A DNA stretch of 64,000 bases from contig OZ004609.1 of assembly GCA_963924565.1 (NCBI GenBank), forward strand, positions 12,462,001 to 12,526,000, read 5' to 3'. The notes under the pieces were generated by a model. It ran no database searches. It saw nothing but the letters and a program-made list of their open reading frames with translations, and was not told the origin of the DNA. This stretch comes from Ascidiella aspersa (lineage: Eukaryota). The translations under genes were made by a program, and so were the position numbers. Shown here piece by piece: positions 41,371 to 53,919 of this stretch. Position 1 is the stretch's first letter; every line of letters starts with the position of its first letter.

Positions 41371-41522
41371 TTGTAACCGCTTGCCTTCCTTTGGTAGGAC
41401 GAATTTGTTCTTGTCTGAACAAACACATACATTTTCAGTTTTGAAACAATTAAACATTTTCAATTTGAAGGACAAGTTAAACGTCCCAAAATAGAACAAA
41501 GTTTGTAATTGATTTTCAAACA

Positions 41523-43349
41523 TTACTCAAAGCGTCTATAAAACACAAAGCTAAACGTTGATTCACTGTCCTATTGGACTCGCAATACTTTTTTAAAGAA
41601 ACAAAATAACAAACCTGAAGCCTATATAAATGTTGAGTGAGAAAAGTACAAAGAACACACTGCTCAAAGCCGATATGACAATCAATGTAGTTTGCCAAGG
41701 TAAGAGATTTTTCCTGTATAATTATGTAAAATTTGATCGCACTTGTGGTTTTATAATTAAAATAAAAGACTACAAAAAAATTATGCACTAGTGATTGTTG
41801 TTAACGGAAAAATCCTTTGTGTTGTAGAACACCAATTGTGCCAGCGACCTTTAGAAAGATCTTTAAACTCACCGTATAAGTCTTGACACTTCGCTTGGTC
41901 CCAAAGGATAAGTTGTTTCTTCTCCAAAACCGAACTTCCTCGAAAGTGCAATGGTTGTTAATGCTTTAGACTGGTTTACCGTAGTCACAAAGTTTCTCTC
42001 CGTCCGATTAGTACTGAGACCCTCTGAAAAACCGCTGGTGTGATCTGTTTACCATACCGGCAAGGATTTCATCAGCAAAAATTTATACAAATTGAAATAA
42101 AGAGTTGTTCCACTGGATTTAAAAACATAAACTACCAATAATACTAACCGAGCTCCAACAAAAACTTGCTGGGATCTTGCGACAGGCGTGGTGCAGTTGT
42201 TATGGGAATTGCGGTAACGACAGAGAAAGGCGGTCGCACCACTCGAGTTTTTCGCACAACTGCAACAAACAAACGAATTTCAATCGCAATTCAACTTCGT
42301 CATATGCAGTTTAGGTCGGTAATCTTTACAGACATCGGGTTAACTAAACTTCCTCGGGACATATGCCGCCAAGACAAAGAAGCGTTCTTTTGTTTATTTG
42401 ACTAAATCTGTCATATAATAAATAAGCAAACACTTTAAGTAAGCATACCTTTAAAAGCCAAACGAAATCCAGCTTTTTCGCCAGTAGCATCGCTTGAAAA
42501 ACGAATGTTAGCAAAATTTGATTTGGTCGTTATAGCTTCTGAGCTGTCCTTGCAAAAGCGCCTTGTTCCATTAACCAAAATTCCAATTTCGATGTAGTCA
42601 AATCTTTTCACATTTAAATGATAAAATGAATAAACTATTAGCTTTACAATTTTGCTAAAACTGTCACTTCGGTTTGGTTCTGTATGATTATTATAGATAT
42701 ACGTTATTATAAATGTTTAAGTCCCAAAAAACTTTTCACTTACAGACAGCTGTTAGAATCCTCCAATTGCACGTCAATAAATCGAAACAAAATCACATTT
42801 CTTGGATCGCCAGCCTTAATCAGCCAATCACAAACAATGTTCTTCGGGTACGGCAGTGGATAGTTCGGCGATTCGATAATTCCTGTTTCACAAACAAAAC
42901 GACCATTCAGCAACGCTGTGAAAGGCTTGGTTTAAAAAACAAGTTACCTTACCCCGCGCGCGATTTTCTAGTACACCCCCACAAACAAGTCCTCTTGCTG
43001 ATCGTCGCTCATTCAACAAACCTATACAACAATCATCTAATTGCCACTCGGCACGAGAGGTTAATTGGCTCAATATTTAAGCAACGTATAAGTGCCAAGG
43101 GCTACGTATAAAGTGGAGAGCACGCCGTTCAACTTTGCGCACGTGCCCCGAGTTATTCATTAGACAGAGCTATGGGCGATTATAGTTCGAATCTCTTTGT
43201 GTATTGCTCTGTATATCCCAATACTTGTAAACTAACGTTCAACTATAACATATATAAACTTTTTCAATCTTTAAAAATATGCACTCATTTAGGTCAAACT
43301 TACCGCCACAAGACTTGACAACAAAAAATACCAAAATCGTAGAAAGCAT
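41523..43349 (-). CDS. Type I membrane protein: signal peptide, CUB domain, Ser/Thr-rich stalk, TM, very short tail (~267 aa, 8 exons)
   Basis: Exons 43304-43349, 42953-43021, 42744-42882, 42449-42603, 42149-42259, 41873-42044, 41615-41713, 41523-41535 (804 nt, phases consistent). MLSTILVFFVVKSCG; CUB CGGVL..GIIESPNYPLPYPKNIVCDWLI..FIDVQLEDSNSCLFDYIEI..RFC..IRFSSD..GFRLAF; TM WQTTLIVISALSSVFFVLFSLNIYIGF then RRFE*. Confidence 0.8.
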
Positions 43350-43498
43350 TTTATCGGTTGGTTATTTCTGAAACACGGACAATAACAAATCCCAGCGCTC
43401 CCCAAGCAGTGCTACGAATAGGAAATTCGAAAGATGTGTTAAGGTATCGCGAAAAAAAGCATTTAGTGCCTCAAGAGGCCTATTGTTGTGAAAGTTAC

Positions 43499-44000
43499 CT
43501 TTGCTCCTCTCCATTTGTTAATGAAGCAGGCCACTCATCATTCACGCCCCTATAGTCACTCGAAAGTGTTTCCATATTTCAAGGGCCGAATATAATCACC
43601 TATAAGTTTCGTCACGCAGTTTGTTTTTATTTTATGGACTACTTGGCATCTCGTCCCCGCTAGATGTGCCAGGTGCACACGGCATCGCTCTCGGCTAGAG
43701 GTTTAACTCGGACGATAAAATACCCTTTTGCCTCCAGCGTTGCTGTATAGACGTCGAATGCCTGTACTCGACGATCGGTTGATGCGATCATTATAAACGC
43801 CTTCGCATCCTTATTCAAGAGCTATAAGCACTCGATCGTCGCGCAAAACTTTCAAGTGTCCGTTTATCGACGCAAATACACCAAGATTTCCCCGAAATTA
43901 ACGCTGTCGTACATAAAAAGACAATGATTGGCATCAGCAAGTATGCGAACACAAGATTCAACCATCAACAGAGCTGTTGCGTTTCGGTCAAATTTGTACG
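43499..44000 (-). pseudogene. Possible decayed CUB-like gene directly upstream of the CUB gene
   Basis: Acceptor ctttttctag at 44000, signal-like MPIIVFLCTTALISG, fragments GCEGVY and AVCTWHI* in different frames, then a spliceable exon 43499-43599 with an in-frame stop. Confidence 0.3.
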
Positions 44001-44145
44001 CTAGAAAAAGTTGTAGTTTACAATTAATTTGGTGACGTAATCAAAGCTTTGGCGCTAGTGGTAAATAGACACGACGTGAAACTTTGGCTATATTATGTGT
44101 CGTAGAAAAACGCTCGCGGTTAAGTAAACTTTATTTTAAAGCCAA

Positions 44146-44591
44146 TGTAGCATTTAACATGCAATATTACCAGATATTGCTTAATTTGACGTCACTATAC
44201 ACGTGACCGTTGTTCACTGACGCGTGAGCTAACGCCGAACTGTGCGCTTTCAACGTTTCGCATTGATTCTAATTTGTACGTCTTATAGACTAGTAGCGGA
44301 TTGAATCCCCGCCTCACCTTATTGTGTGTACTTCTCAGATTTGTGAATATATAGCGGGCAATATCTACTAAGTGAAGTGATTTTGTCTAGAGTTGAAGTG
44401 GTTAAGGACAGGTGATTTAGCGACCTGTTCTTTGGAGTCAGTCTTGACTGAGAACGTGTAAGAGACCAGAGACAGCCGTCGGCTCTCGTCTTAAGAGCCA
44501 GCGCCTTCTTACCTGTAACCCCCATCCGCTAAAGCCAATATATTTGACTTCCAGTCGAATACCCGATATTTTCCCGTTGATTACTCGTACA
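44146..44591 (-). mobile_element. Solo-LTR-like element, same family as 53603-53919
   Basis: Begins tgtagc; 44175-44390 aligns with 53642-53870 (tattgcttaat.tgacgtcactat.cacgtgaccg; gagatttgt.aatatata; agtgaagtga). Right boundary uncertain; no TSD found. Confidence 0.55.
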
Positions 44592-45189
44592 GATATTATA
44601 TTATACAAATTTTGATATTATCTAGCTTTGGAAAATTATATATTTGTGCAATCCAAAAATCATAATTTTGGTATAAATTTACCAAGTTTGTAATGTAAGT
44701 GAACCATTTCAACCATAAATGGTAGATTTTATTTCTTTTTAGCCGGGAGGAACGATTATTACTTCACATTATCCCTGGCATTAAGTAAAACAGTCTAACC
44801 TCAAAAATAAAAGTTTAGAAAAAATAAGAACTCTTTTTTTGTATAAAATTTTGCCATTTTAAGAACACGTTGATTTAACAATTGTTTTATAAATGACTAA
44901 AGGCTTCGTGAATCTTCGTGGTGAAGAGCATTTCACTGCGGTAACTGGCGAACTAATTGAAAATCACCACTGAAAAACGACTCGGCATAAATTATTTAAC
45001 ACTTTTCTCCAAATTGAAGATACACGACATATAAAGCAAAAACAAATTAGGCCTACAAGCTGAATGCAATAAACCAGGCTTTGTACTTGCCTTTAATAAA
45101 CATAAAATTCCGGTACAACTCCAAAGTAAATTTTGATGAAATTTTAAATCGAACGACATTTTGGTAAAGCTCACTACTGTTCTCACACC

Positions 45190-45790
45190 TGATCCGTTAG
45201 AAATTAATGCATTTCTAAGCAAAAATGTCTACGACAATTAGGGCCTTCCAAAGGCCAAAAAGTCTTTTTAGACCTCAAGGTCGTGGAAATGTACAAATTT
45301 GGACCTTTAGGTAAACTCCCGGCGTAGATAAATTAAAAATATTTGTTGAAAATTCACAAAAGATAGCAAAATATGTAAGATAGGATTACTAACACTTGAC
45401 CCACCTGAACCGAAACGCTAACTCGAATCCTAACCCAAATAATGTGCGTTAATTTAATAATTTTTGGAACGCTGGGAAAAAAAGACCAAACTCGGGTGTG
45501 CATAAGATGGTTTCTCGTCCATTGTTTATAGGAATTCTAACGTCACAAATTGAGGTATTGGGGCCTGAAGCGTTATAATTATTAAATTAACGCACATTAT
45601 TTGGGTTAGGTTGCTGGTTAGTGTTTGGGTTCGGCTTGGTCAAGTATTATTTAACTTTATCTTCTTATGCACATTTGTTATGTCAAATTAGTGCATTGAC
45701 CTCAAAGTCTAAAAGTCGGGCCTTTTTATCGTTTAAATGCACTAATTCGCGTAGACCTTTTTGCATAGAACTGCACTAACTTCTGATAGG
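45190..45790. mobile_element. Two copies of a cctaaccc-containing MITE family in inverted orientation (~45190-45465 and ~45572-45790); also at ~2360-2580
   Basis: ttagaaatta.tgcat..ctaa.caaaaa.gtctacgacaatta and cctaacccaaataatgtgcgttaatttaataatt are shared; the second copy is the reverse complement. Confidence 0.7.
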
Positions 45791-47397
45791 GTGGTTCTTG
45801 TTTAATTAGATAGTCCATTCTTAATTGCTCGAAAATCAAGTTAATAAAGTTCCAAATATCGTTTTATAACCCGCCATTTTGTGACTCTTGAAATACACAT
45901 AAACTAGTTACCAAAAATGAAAACTATGAACTAGTTACCAAAAATGAAAAATTTTAAACCTTTACCGTGTGAATTTAAAAAAAAAGTCTAAAATTAATCA
46001 CCGTATAATTGCAACCTGATAGAAGAAATTATTGTTCGCTTAACAAAGACTATTCTAGACGAATTTTCCAGTAGAACTAAAATTTAAATTATGAAATTAT
46101 ATACGTATGCATTGCTTAACAAAACTAACAAATAACTATGTATTGTAAAGCAGCGGTTCTTAAACTGGGGACCGAGATTTTTTGTACAATGTGCACAAGC
46201 ATGTGCACGCGGAAATGTGCGTACCTTTTAAAATAGGTGTGATCACAGGTGTTCTGATGGCAAGGATGGTAAAAGGGTAGCCTACATAATTTTTTTAAAT
46301 GGAAACCCTATACGCTGCGATAAAGGTGCCAGAAAGTATATTTTTATAGAACAAATGTATGTTACAATATAGAATTAGCCTCCATCGAGTTTAGTCTCTA
46401 TAAAAATGACAGAAAAAGACAAAAAGTTTAATGATTTTCTAACATCAAACAGGTTGAGACAAGCCAAATCTTTGGAATATGTTGTCAAAAAAATCCAATC
46501 TGGCAAACCTTTAACGTATATCTATTTATTTCAGGTGTCGGTATGTGGTTCGTACTTTTTCATATTTTCATTACTTTATTTTAACTATAGAAAGTGTCGT
46601 GTACGGCCTGGTTAAGAAGGAATATGAAATACATTATTATATATATTATAAAGTGTGACTTATTTTAAAAGATTTTGAGAAGCTGGTAGGAGTAGGAATA
46701 TGTAGTAGGTACTCAGGCCTAAAAGTTTTATTGATGAGAGCCGCGGGCTGGTTTAAATTGCTTGGCGGGCCGGATGCCGCTCCCGGGTTTTATTTAGTTG
46801 AATACTTCCAATGTGAGAGCATCTCTGTGCGGCAAAACAAGCTAAGTTCGCATTGAAAAAAATTGTAATACATTTTTTTACTGAGCAATTGTTTTTGGAA
46901 GGCCGGTCTGCGACACAATTTCAGTTTTAAACCGGTTCGCATTGCAAAAATGGTTGCGACCCCTGTGTTACATATGGTCAAAGCTTGAACTTCTCGTTTT
47001 GCCATATGTAAAACTGGAAAACGTGTGCGCCATCGGGCTAGTGGAAAAACATATCCTGTGGTAAAACTTGTTACTAAACCACCAAGAGTTAAAGCCTTCA
47101 CGCATGACTAATATAACTGCTGGTTAAAACTATATTTTCTTGTGCTGTTGGTGTAGTATTTCTGGTGCAAAGTTGTTACAATACTAGGAGAACAAAAAGT
47201 GTTACAAATACTAGGAGAACGTTTATATTATAATTAAATGAACGTAGTATCAAATCTAACCATCTAGTCACGCCTCACTGCCTTTTATTTGCAGCATACG
47301 GCTACAGACTGAGGATACGATCGCCGCTTCCTTGTTTGTTTTCTACTTGGCCGCGATGTAACGGCATATGTTGCCCCATTGGACAAAAGCTTGAAGC

Positions 47398-50300
47398 ATG
47401 AAATACCAAACTACTATTGGAAAAGTTAGAGGCCTAAGCTTCGAAGATGTACTTTTCTGTGCACAGGGAGAGGACGGTGGTCAGTTTATGCCTCAAACAA
47501 TTCCGCTTGGTAAGTAATCAACCTGTTGTACTTGTTCCAGGTAAAATCTGTTAGCTAAAGTTTTTGCATCTTATGAGATGAACGGGTTACAATAAAAAAG
47601 TATTTGCTATCTTGACCTAATCTTGCTAAAAACGTTATCGAATCTAAGCAACATGTATACTTGAAATAGATTTAACACGCACGGCAAAACCGTATCAATC
47701 AAGTGGGCTTATTGTTGACTGAAGTCTACAAGACAGCCCAGCCCGTTTCCGGCTCGATATTAGGACTCATCCCTAATATACTAAAATTGGCCTGTTTACT
47801 ATCTCGGTAACTTACGTGTATACTTAATTGTGCACGTTATGTAACCAGAATACCACTCGTATATGTTTTAAATAAAGTTTATTTACACGATCTTTTTTTA
47901 ATGTAGAGCTTTGTTTGCTATAGTAATAGAACCTTATCCTCCCTTACTAAACGAAATCTTGTTTTACGTTACTTATATTATCGAATTGCAACTTTTTCTT
48001 TACTCCTGAGCCCTATTGCACGCGCGGTACATTTATAGGAGGACTGTCTTGTCGACATGCCATAAGACCGAAAAGTTAGGTATTTATCAGACGTTATTAG
48101 TTATTATTTTGTCTTAGATATTACTGCGTATTAGGCTTTATTATGTCTTTGGTCTTAATACTATGGTAATATAGATTATTCTGCTTGAGATATTGTTGCT
48201 TTGTAGGTGTGTTCCAGCTAGCCCTTTACCTTTAGCTGCTTTAGCCATTGTCCATTACTACTGAAATCCGTAAACTTTAGGTCTGTTGAAACATTCCATA
48301 TTTTTTGTATAGTTTTTTGTAAGGGTGAATTTAGGGTGACAGAGTCATGGCCATTCCAACTAGATATTGTATTCCCGCTTTGTACAAATATGTTGTTATT
48401 ACCAAGGTATTCTATCGTAATAACACATCAACTTAAACTAAGCGCTCCGGTATTACTTCTTACGCTTGTGCTACTACTATACGCGGTTTCTGTGCAGCTG
48501 TCATGCATCTCAAATGTCTCCCTATATCAAAGTTTCGATATTCCAAATAAATATATATCACAATGTTAGCTGCCGTTTTGCTGTTAGCTTTTACACAGGA
48601 AGTTTGTTAATCTGTTTTAAGGTAAGGAGAGGAAAGCAAATATTTTAAACATAAAGAGGCACTATGAGGCCCACAAGCAGTTATGAACAAAATTCTAGAT
48701 TTTATATAGCGAAAAATCCGCTCGGTATACAACCGACGAATAAAGATGCAATACTACGCAACACAAAACGAAATCACATACAAAGAATTCACGAAGCGGT
48801 GAGAAAACGGAGGCTGCAAATTTCACACTAAGTCCTATGACGCCAGAGAAACAAAATCGGCGGGTAGCCGACTCGAACGGCAGTTGCGCGACTAAACGCA
48901 ATAATTTGGCACAAAAGGGCTACAATAATTAAATTTGTGACAGTGAGTATAGGCTATATCATTTTTGTTTTTATAGTTTCATTGAAAGTTCTGGAAACTT
49001 GGAAGCATCTCTCGTACACCGAAGTCGTGAAAAAGATAGTTGCCTTGTATGTTTCTGACGACGAAATATGCGAGAAAGATCAAAATGGTAAGAAAATTTT
49101 GCTTAAATTTGTATCTTTACCAAGGGAATATATGGAAAGATGCACACGTAGTGGCATTATAGAGGATTATTAAATCTAAGAACAAAACATTGATACTTTA
49201 TGTATTTATTAGTAGATTTTTATATTGTCAGTTTTTCAAACATGTTGGACAAAATTGACTATTTACAGAAATCGTCGAAAATGCTCTTGGCAAATTTGAT
49301 GTTCCGGATGCAGTCAAGATGGTTAAGGTGTCAGATGAAATTTCCATTCTTGAACTCGGCCATGGCAAAACAATGGCCTTTAAAGACCTGGCAATGTCCT
49401 GCACTTCTTCGTTTATGGACTACTTTTTGAAAAAACGAAAACGGCATTTTACATCGTTAGTAGGTAAGAATAAAAACCAATTTTCTTTATCCAATGCTTT
49501 TTATTATTTTACTACTACGTAAATATATTAATTTTACAATACTAACGAAATCTGACAATTCCGGAAAAACATAAGGCAATGCGTTTTGTGACGCCAAATA
49601 ACACAAGAAGTAATGGTAAAGTTATACATGTGCCATTTTTAATTATATTGTCGATTGAAATTCGTTTGTGTTAAACTATTGACACCCAACATTGTTGTTG
49701 GTCTAAAATTAATTTAATAAGAGTAGGCCGCCAGGTAAAATAGCGGGTGAGAAATTGTCCGCGAGGTAACATCTTGAAAAGCCCTGACCTTGACTGTGTT
49801 GATGCTTAGTGACGTCGGGCGACACCGGTTCGAGCGCTATTCATGGTGCCCTTGCATGTCAGAACATGGATATAATTGTCGTGTTTCCCTATCAACGAAT
49901 AAGCTTGATTCAACAACTGATGATGACGACTGTGAATTCAGAAAACGTTCATGTTTACTCGTGTAAGTATCAACTGCTGTAGAAGCGCAAATCACAGTAA
50001 TCTTGGTATTAATTTCATTGGCCCTGATGCATTGGGATCATAACTTTCAGTTGATGGAGATCTTCAGGACATTGATTTTAGAATTTGCGATATTTACTCG
50101 GATGCTGCATTCATTAAGAAGAATGACGTTGGAACAATGAACTCCGGAAATTGGGGACGCATTTTAGTTCAAGTTAGCTGCATTATAAGTAGTATGTTGA
50201 AATATGTAACGAGTAAACGTTGTGTATTTAGGCAATTCTAACATTAAGTCCAGTAGAGTTTAGGCACGCGTCTTTAATGAGAACACAGTGATGTTTTTGT

Positions 50301-51925
50301 AGATTGCCCATCACGTTTTTGCTTACTTGCAAATGGCTCATCAAATTGGCGATGACGTTAATATTGTAATTCCAAGTGGCGGCTATGGAAATCTGACTTG
50401 TAAGTTCTCTCTGCATTGTTGTTAAACAATGAAGGATGTTTGTGTTACAAACTGTCATTCTTATCTAGCATGTCTTCTTGCTGTCGCAATGGGAGTTCCT
50501 ATCAGGCCGCACGCTATTTCAAACAGCAACGATAATTTCAACCAATTGGTGCGAAAAAATCAATTGTTTTTAAAATCAAGTGTTGCAACTGTGGCACCGG
50601 CAATGGATATCTCCGTAAGTAATCTTCTATGTTTTATTAGAAAAATCAATTTTATCGTTAGTTTGTACTAATTATTTTTTAGTTTCCTTCAAACTTGGAG
50701 CGAATTATTTGGATATTATCCGAGAAATCTGGAAGTACGGTTTCAGAGGCCAGAACGTCAATGTTTAACGAGTTGCAACTAACCTTACCCCAAGAGCTGC
50801 ACAGCAAAGTAGGTGTTGACATAAAACATTCAACAGGGTGCCTTATACCAAACATAGTTATCGGTATGGCAAGTGCCAATTGGTGCGTCGTAAACAGACT
50901 ATACCTGGTCGAAAGTTAAATAATAACGGAGCGAAAAACTCGTGGTCCTAAGCAACTTCGATCCAATTTTTAATTTTTGGTTTTCTGTAGTGTAGGCCTA
51001 TTTTCAAAATTATAGTAGTTTTTAAAGTTCACCAGCAAACTATGTATAAACTGGACTTTTTGTTTCATTTTGTGTTCGAATGTTCAATTAATTAAGCCTA
51101 TTTTCAGTTTACTAAAATTTCTTTCTGTGATATTTTGAAACCTAAAATGCATATTGTTTAGTTAGTTGTAATACGGTACGTCAGTGTTTCACAATAATAA
51201 TGGTTCCTTTTAATAGTTTCGGCTATTCAGTAAAATAAACGATGTTCTTAGTACCCCAGTTTATGTTTACTGCAGTTTTCTTCTGCTGTCAAGACGGATA
51301 GCGTTAGTGATGAAGAGATATTACGTACAATGAACGAGATTTGGACCAAATATAATTACAAAATCTGCCCTCACACGGCCACAGCTGTTTCATACGTTTT
51401 AAAGCAGTAAGTGAAAGAGGTGTTCTTTTTAATACAACCAATAGGTAAATTTGATTGTCCCTGTTTTTATTTACCTATATTTTGATTGCATATAGTCAAG
51501 ACTTGAAAACTGCAAACACGGTGTGTTTAGCAACTGCAAACCCTGCTAAATTTCCGGAAATCCTTGAGTCTGCTGATGTTCCGAAGGTCGTGGTGAAATC
51601 GGTGGATGACCTTACAACACTTCCTCAATGGTAGCGATAAATTTATAGAAAAATGTTACATAATGTAGTTCTTATCATGTTTTAATGGCCGACGAAGGTT
51701 GGAAAAGGGGGTTTGGGTTAACATATTATTATAAATATTTCAAGATTTTTAGCCATATTTAAGGTCGTCAGAAGATTTTACAGAGTAATGTTTTTGCTTA
51801 GCAGCTGTTGTTTCATTTTTATAAATTATATTTTTGTTTGTCGCAGTCACAGCGTTCTTCCAAAAGGCGTTAATCTGGAGGATACCATTCGCAACAAAAT
51901 AACCGCAATTTCGGCAAAGCGTTGA
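47398..51925 (+). CDS. THNSL2: Threonine synthase-like 2 (PLP-dependent phospho-lyase family), 11 exons, ~468 aa
   Basis: Exons 47398-47509, 48977-49087, 49269-49463, 49810-49962, 50051-50172, 50303-50399, 50469-50614, 50683-50808, 51276-51406, 51496-51630, 51847-51925 (1407 nt). Motifs DGGQFMP, PLP-lysine [49 protein letters not shown]. Confidence 0.92.
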
Positions 51926-52546
51926 TATCAAGCATCTATCGGCAAAATTTTGCTTAAATATATCACCTCTATATGTAACTGTATACACACAAAATATTGA
52001 AGGATTTCAAATAGTCAACTAAACATTTATTTTTGTATTTTTTTTTGTTGCTTGCGAGATGTGGGTATTGCACGGTACAATATTTAGTTGCGGAGTTTCC
52101 GAAATTGTTGGAAACTGGAACTAAGAGAAAACACCCAGGTTGAAAGTTCTAGAAATCTATGTCTTCATTAGAATATTCAAGGCTATCGGTTCAGCAATAT
52201 AATATCGCAAGTGGTAGAGAGAAAGTAACTCCCCTTACTTTTGGATCGTTATCTTCAAAAAGCTGTTCTTTTCTTGATTTGGTATGCAGATCTCGATGGG
52301 GGGAACTTAAACATCTTTAGGATGGCGTCACAAACTTACGTTGAAAAACAAACTTAAAAACACCTTTTCTCGGGCAAACTTTTGCGCAAATATGCAGCAA
52401 AAAGTCAGTCCTGTTGCGCCAGCACGTAACAAATTGTGTTTATTTGTTATGAATTGGAAAAACGTCAATTAAAAGCATACGTTATGCGTGAGGCACATAA
52501 AAGTGGCTGGAATATTGCTCTAAAAACGGCTTTATATAGTCTAACT

Positions 52547-53477
52547 CAGGGGTCGGCAACCTTTCGTATGCAGTGTGCCAGTTTATGAATAATTTCAAAA
52601 TATCAACATTTCGCGTGCCAAACATTTTTTTATGTATGGTTTGCACTGGTAACCAGGGCAGTGCAATCGGTTATAAACAACCCGAGTCCGACTCCGGCCA
52701 AATGTGCAATTTCATCGGGTCCTGAGTAGGGCTCAGACTACAGTCTGTTTTTCCCAGATTTACGCACCTAAAATTGAATGGATATCAGCACTCCACTTAT
52801 AGGAGGCATGGAAAACATGCCACCATGCTTCTGATTCTCGGGTAATTTTACCTAGTCTTAAGTCCAACTCCGCAGCCCTGCTGTGATCTGACATCTAATT
52901 TACGAATGATCTGACATCTAATTTACGTAACATGGGAGATGCCATTAACTCTAATTTCAGAAGTTAAATTCTGTAAAGATACCCTAACCCTGCTGAAAAA
53001 AAAACGAACTGTCGCGAACACAATACTTTGCCTGTTATTTTGGAATATACGACGCTTTTCAAACGATACCTATAAGTGTTAGCTGTCAGTTTCGCTTTTA
53101 GCTTGGTTTCTCAGCCGCACAAAAACACACGTACTTACTTTTACTTTTAATATACTGCTCTGATTTAACGCAGTAAACATTACGCCAATTTTAGGGCATT
53201 GTGACGTTATATGAACGGCTAGAAAAAATGTCAAATAAAACAGTTAAATACACTTATTTGTCACACGAACACTGCAGATCGAACTAGATATGTGTGCAAC
53301 CATTTATTCAGCGCTAGTGTTGGTGATGTAATAATAATATTATTGATGTGCTAGTAATGAAATGGTCTATTTTCTTAAGGTGATATAACGTGCGCGTTAA
53401 ATCATTTGGCGTACCCCAAAAAATCATCTCGCGTGCCAAACAGTTTTGGCACGCGTCCCAGGGGTTGCCGACCCCTG
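52547..53477. mobile_element. hAT-like MITE with a nested cagggc...gcagccctg element (~52655-52880)
   Basis: TIR caggggtcggcaacc / ggttgccgacccctg; perfect TSD gtctaact. Confidence 0.9.
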
Positions 53478-53602
53478 GTCTAACTTAACATAAATGGAAC
53501 TTTTTTGCAGAGTTTATGAGTCACACGGCGCAACACGGCCCAGTGTTTACAGTATTTTTGAGCTACATAGGATAAAATTTTGCGAAAACGTTTAGTATAT
53601 AA

Positions 53603-53919
53603 TGTAGCGTTTGGCAGTTGTTTCTCCACCTTATCCCATTGTATTGCTTAATATGACGTCACTATGCACGTGACCGGTGTCCACTGAGGTGTGACAAAAA
53701 GCCAAATCAGAGATGATTGGCGTTTCACGATGGATTCTACTTTATGCTATTCGAATTGATGCAGCTTTTATATTAGTGGCTTGAATCACTGTGTTCTTTA
53801 ATCGTGTGTACTGAGATTTGTAAATATATACTCAATGAGCAATATCACCTGAGTGAAGTGACTCTGTCTATAATTCTAGAACAGGAGACCTTTTTATCTA
53901 AGTGAGCCCTATACTAACA
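53603..53919 (-). mobile_element. Solo-LTR-like element abutting the truncated gag
   Basis: tgtag...ctaaca termini; the minus strand has TATATAT followed ~20 nt later by ATTAAA; homologous to 44146-44591. Confidence 0.55.

Noticed and set aside
40403-41494. Several overlapping plus-strand and alternate-frame ORFs
   Set aside because: Shadows of the GC-richer minus-strand coding exon.
42300-42407. Candidate CUB-gene exon implying a premature stop (pseudogene)
   Set aside because: Not needed: 42449 splices in phase to 42259, giving an uninterrupted ORF. It could at most be a minor secreted isoform.
45900-52930. Short tandem duplications (45901-45950, 47172-47220, 52885-52928)
   Set aside because: Ordinary ~20-28 bp slippage duplications with no further structure.
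53511-53600. Candidate last exon of THNSL2 after ttttttgcag
   Set aside because: Splicing from 51630 creates an immediate TGA; exon 51847-51925 restores frame and a plausible C-terminus.
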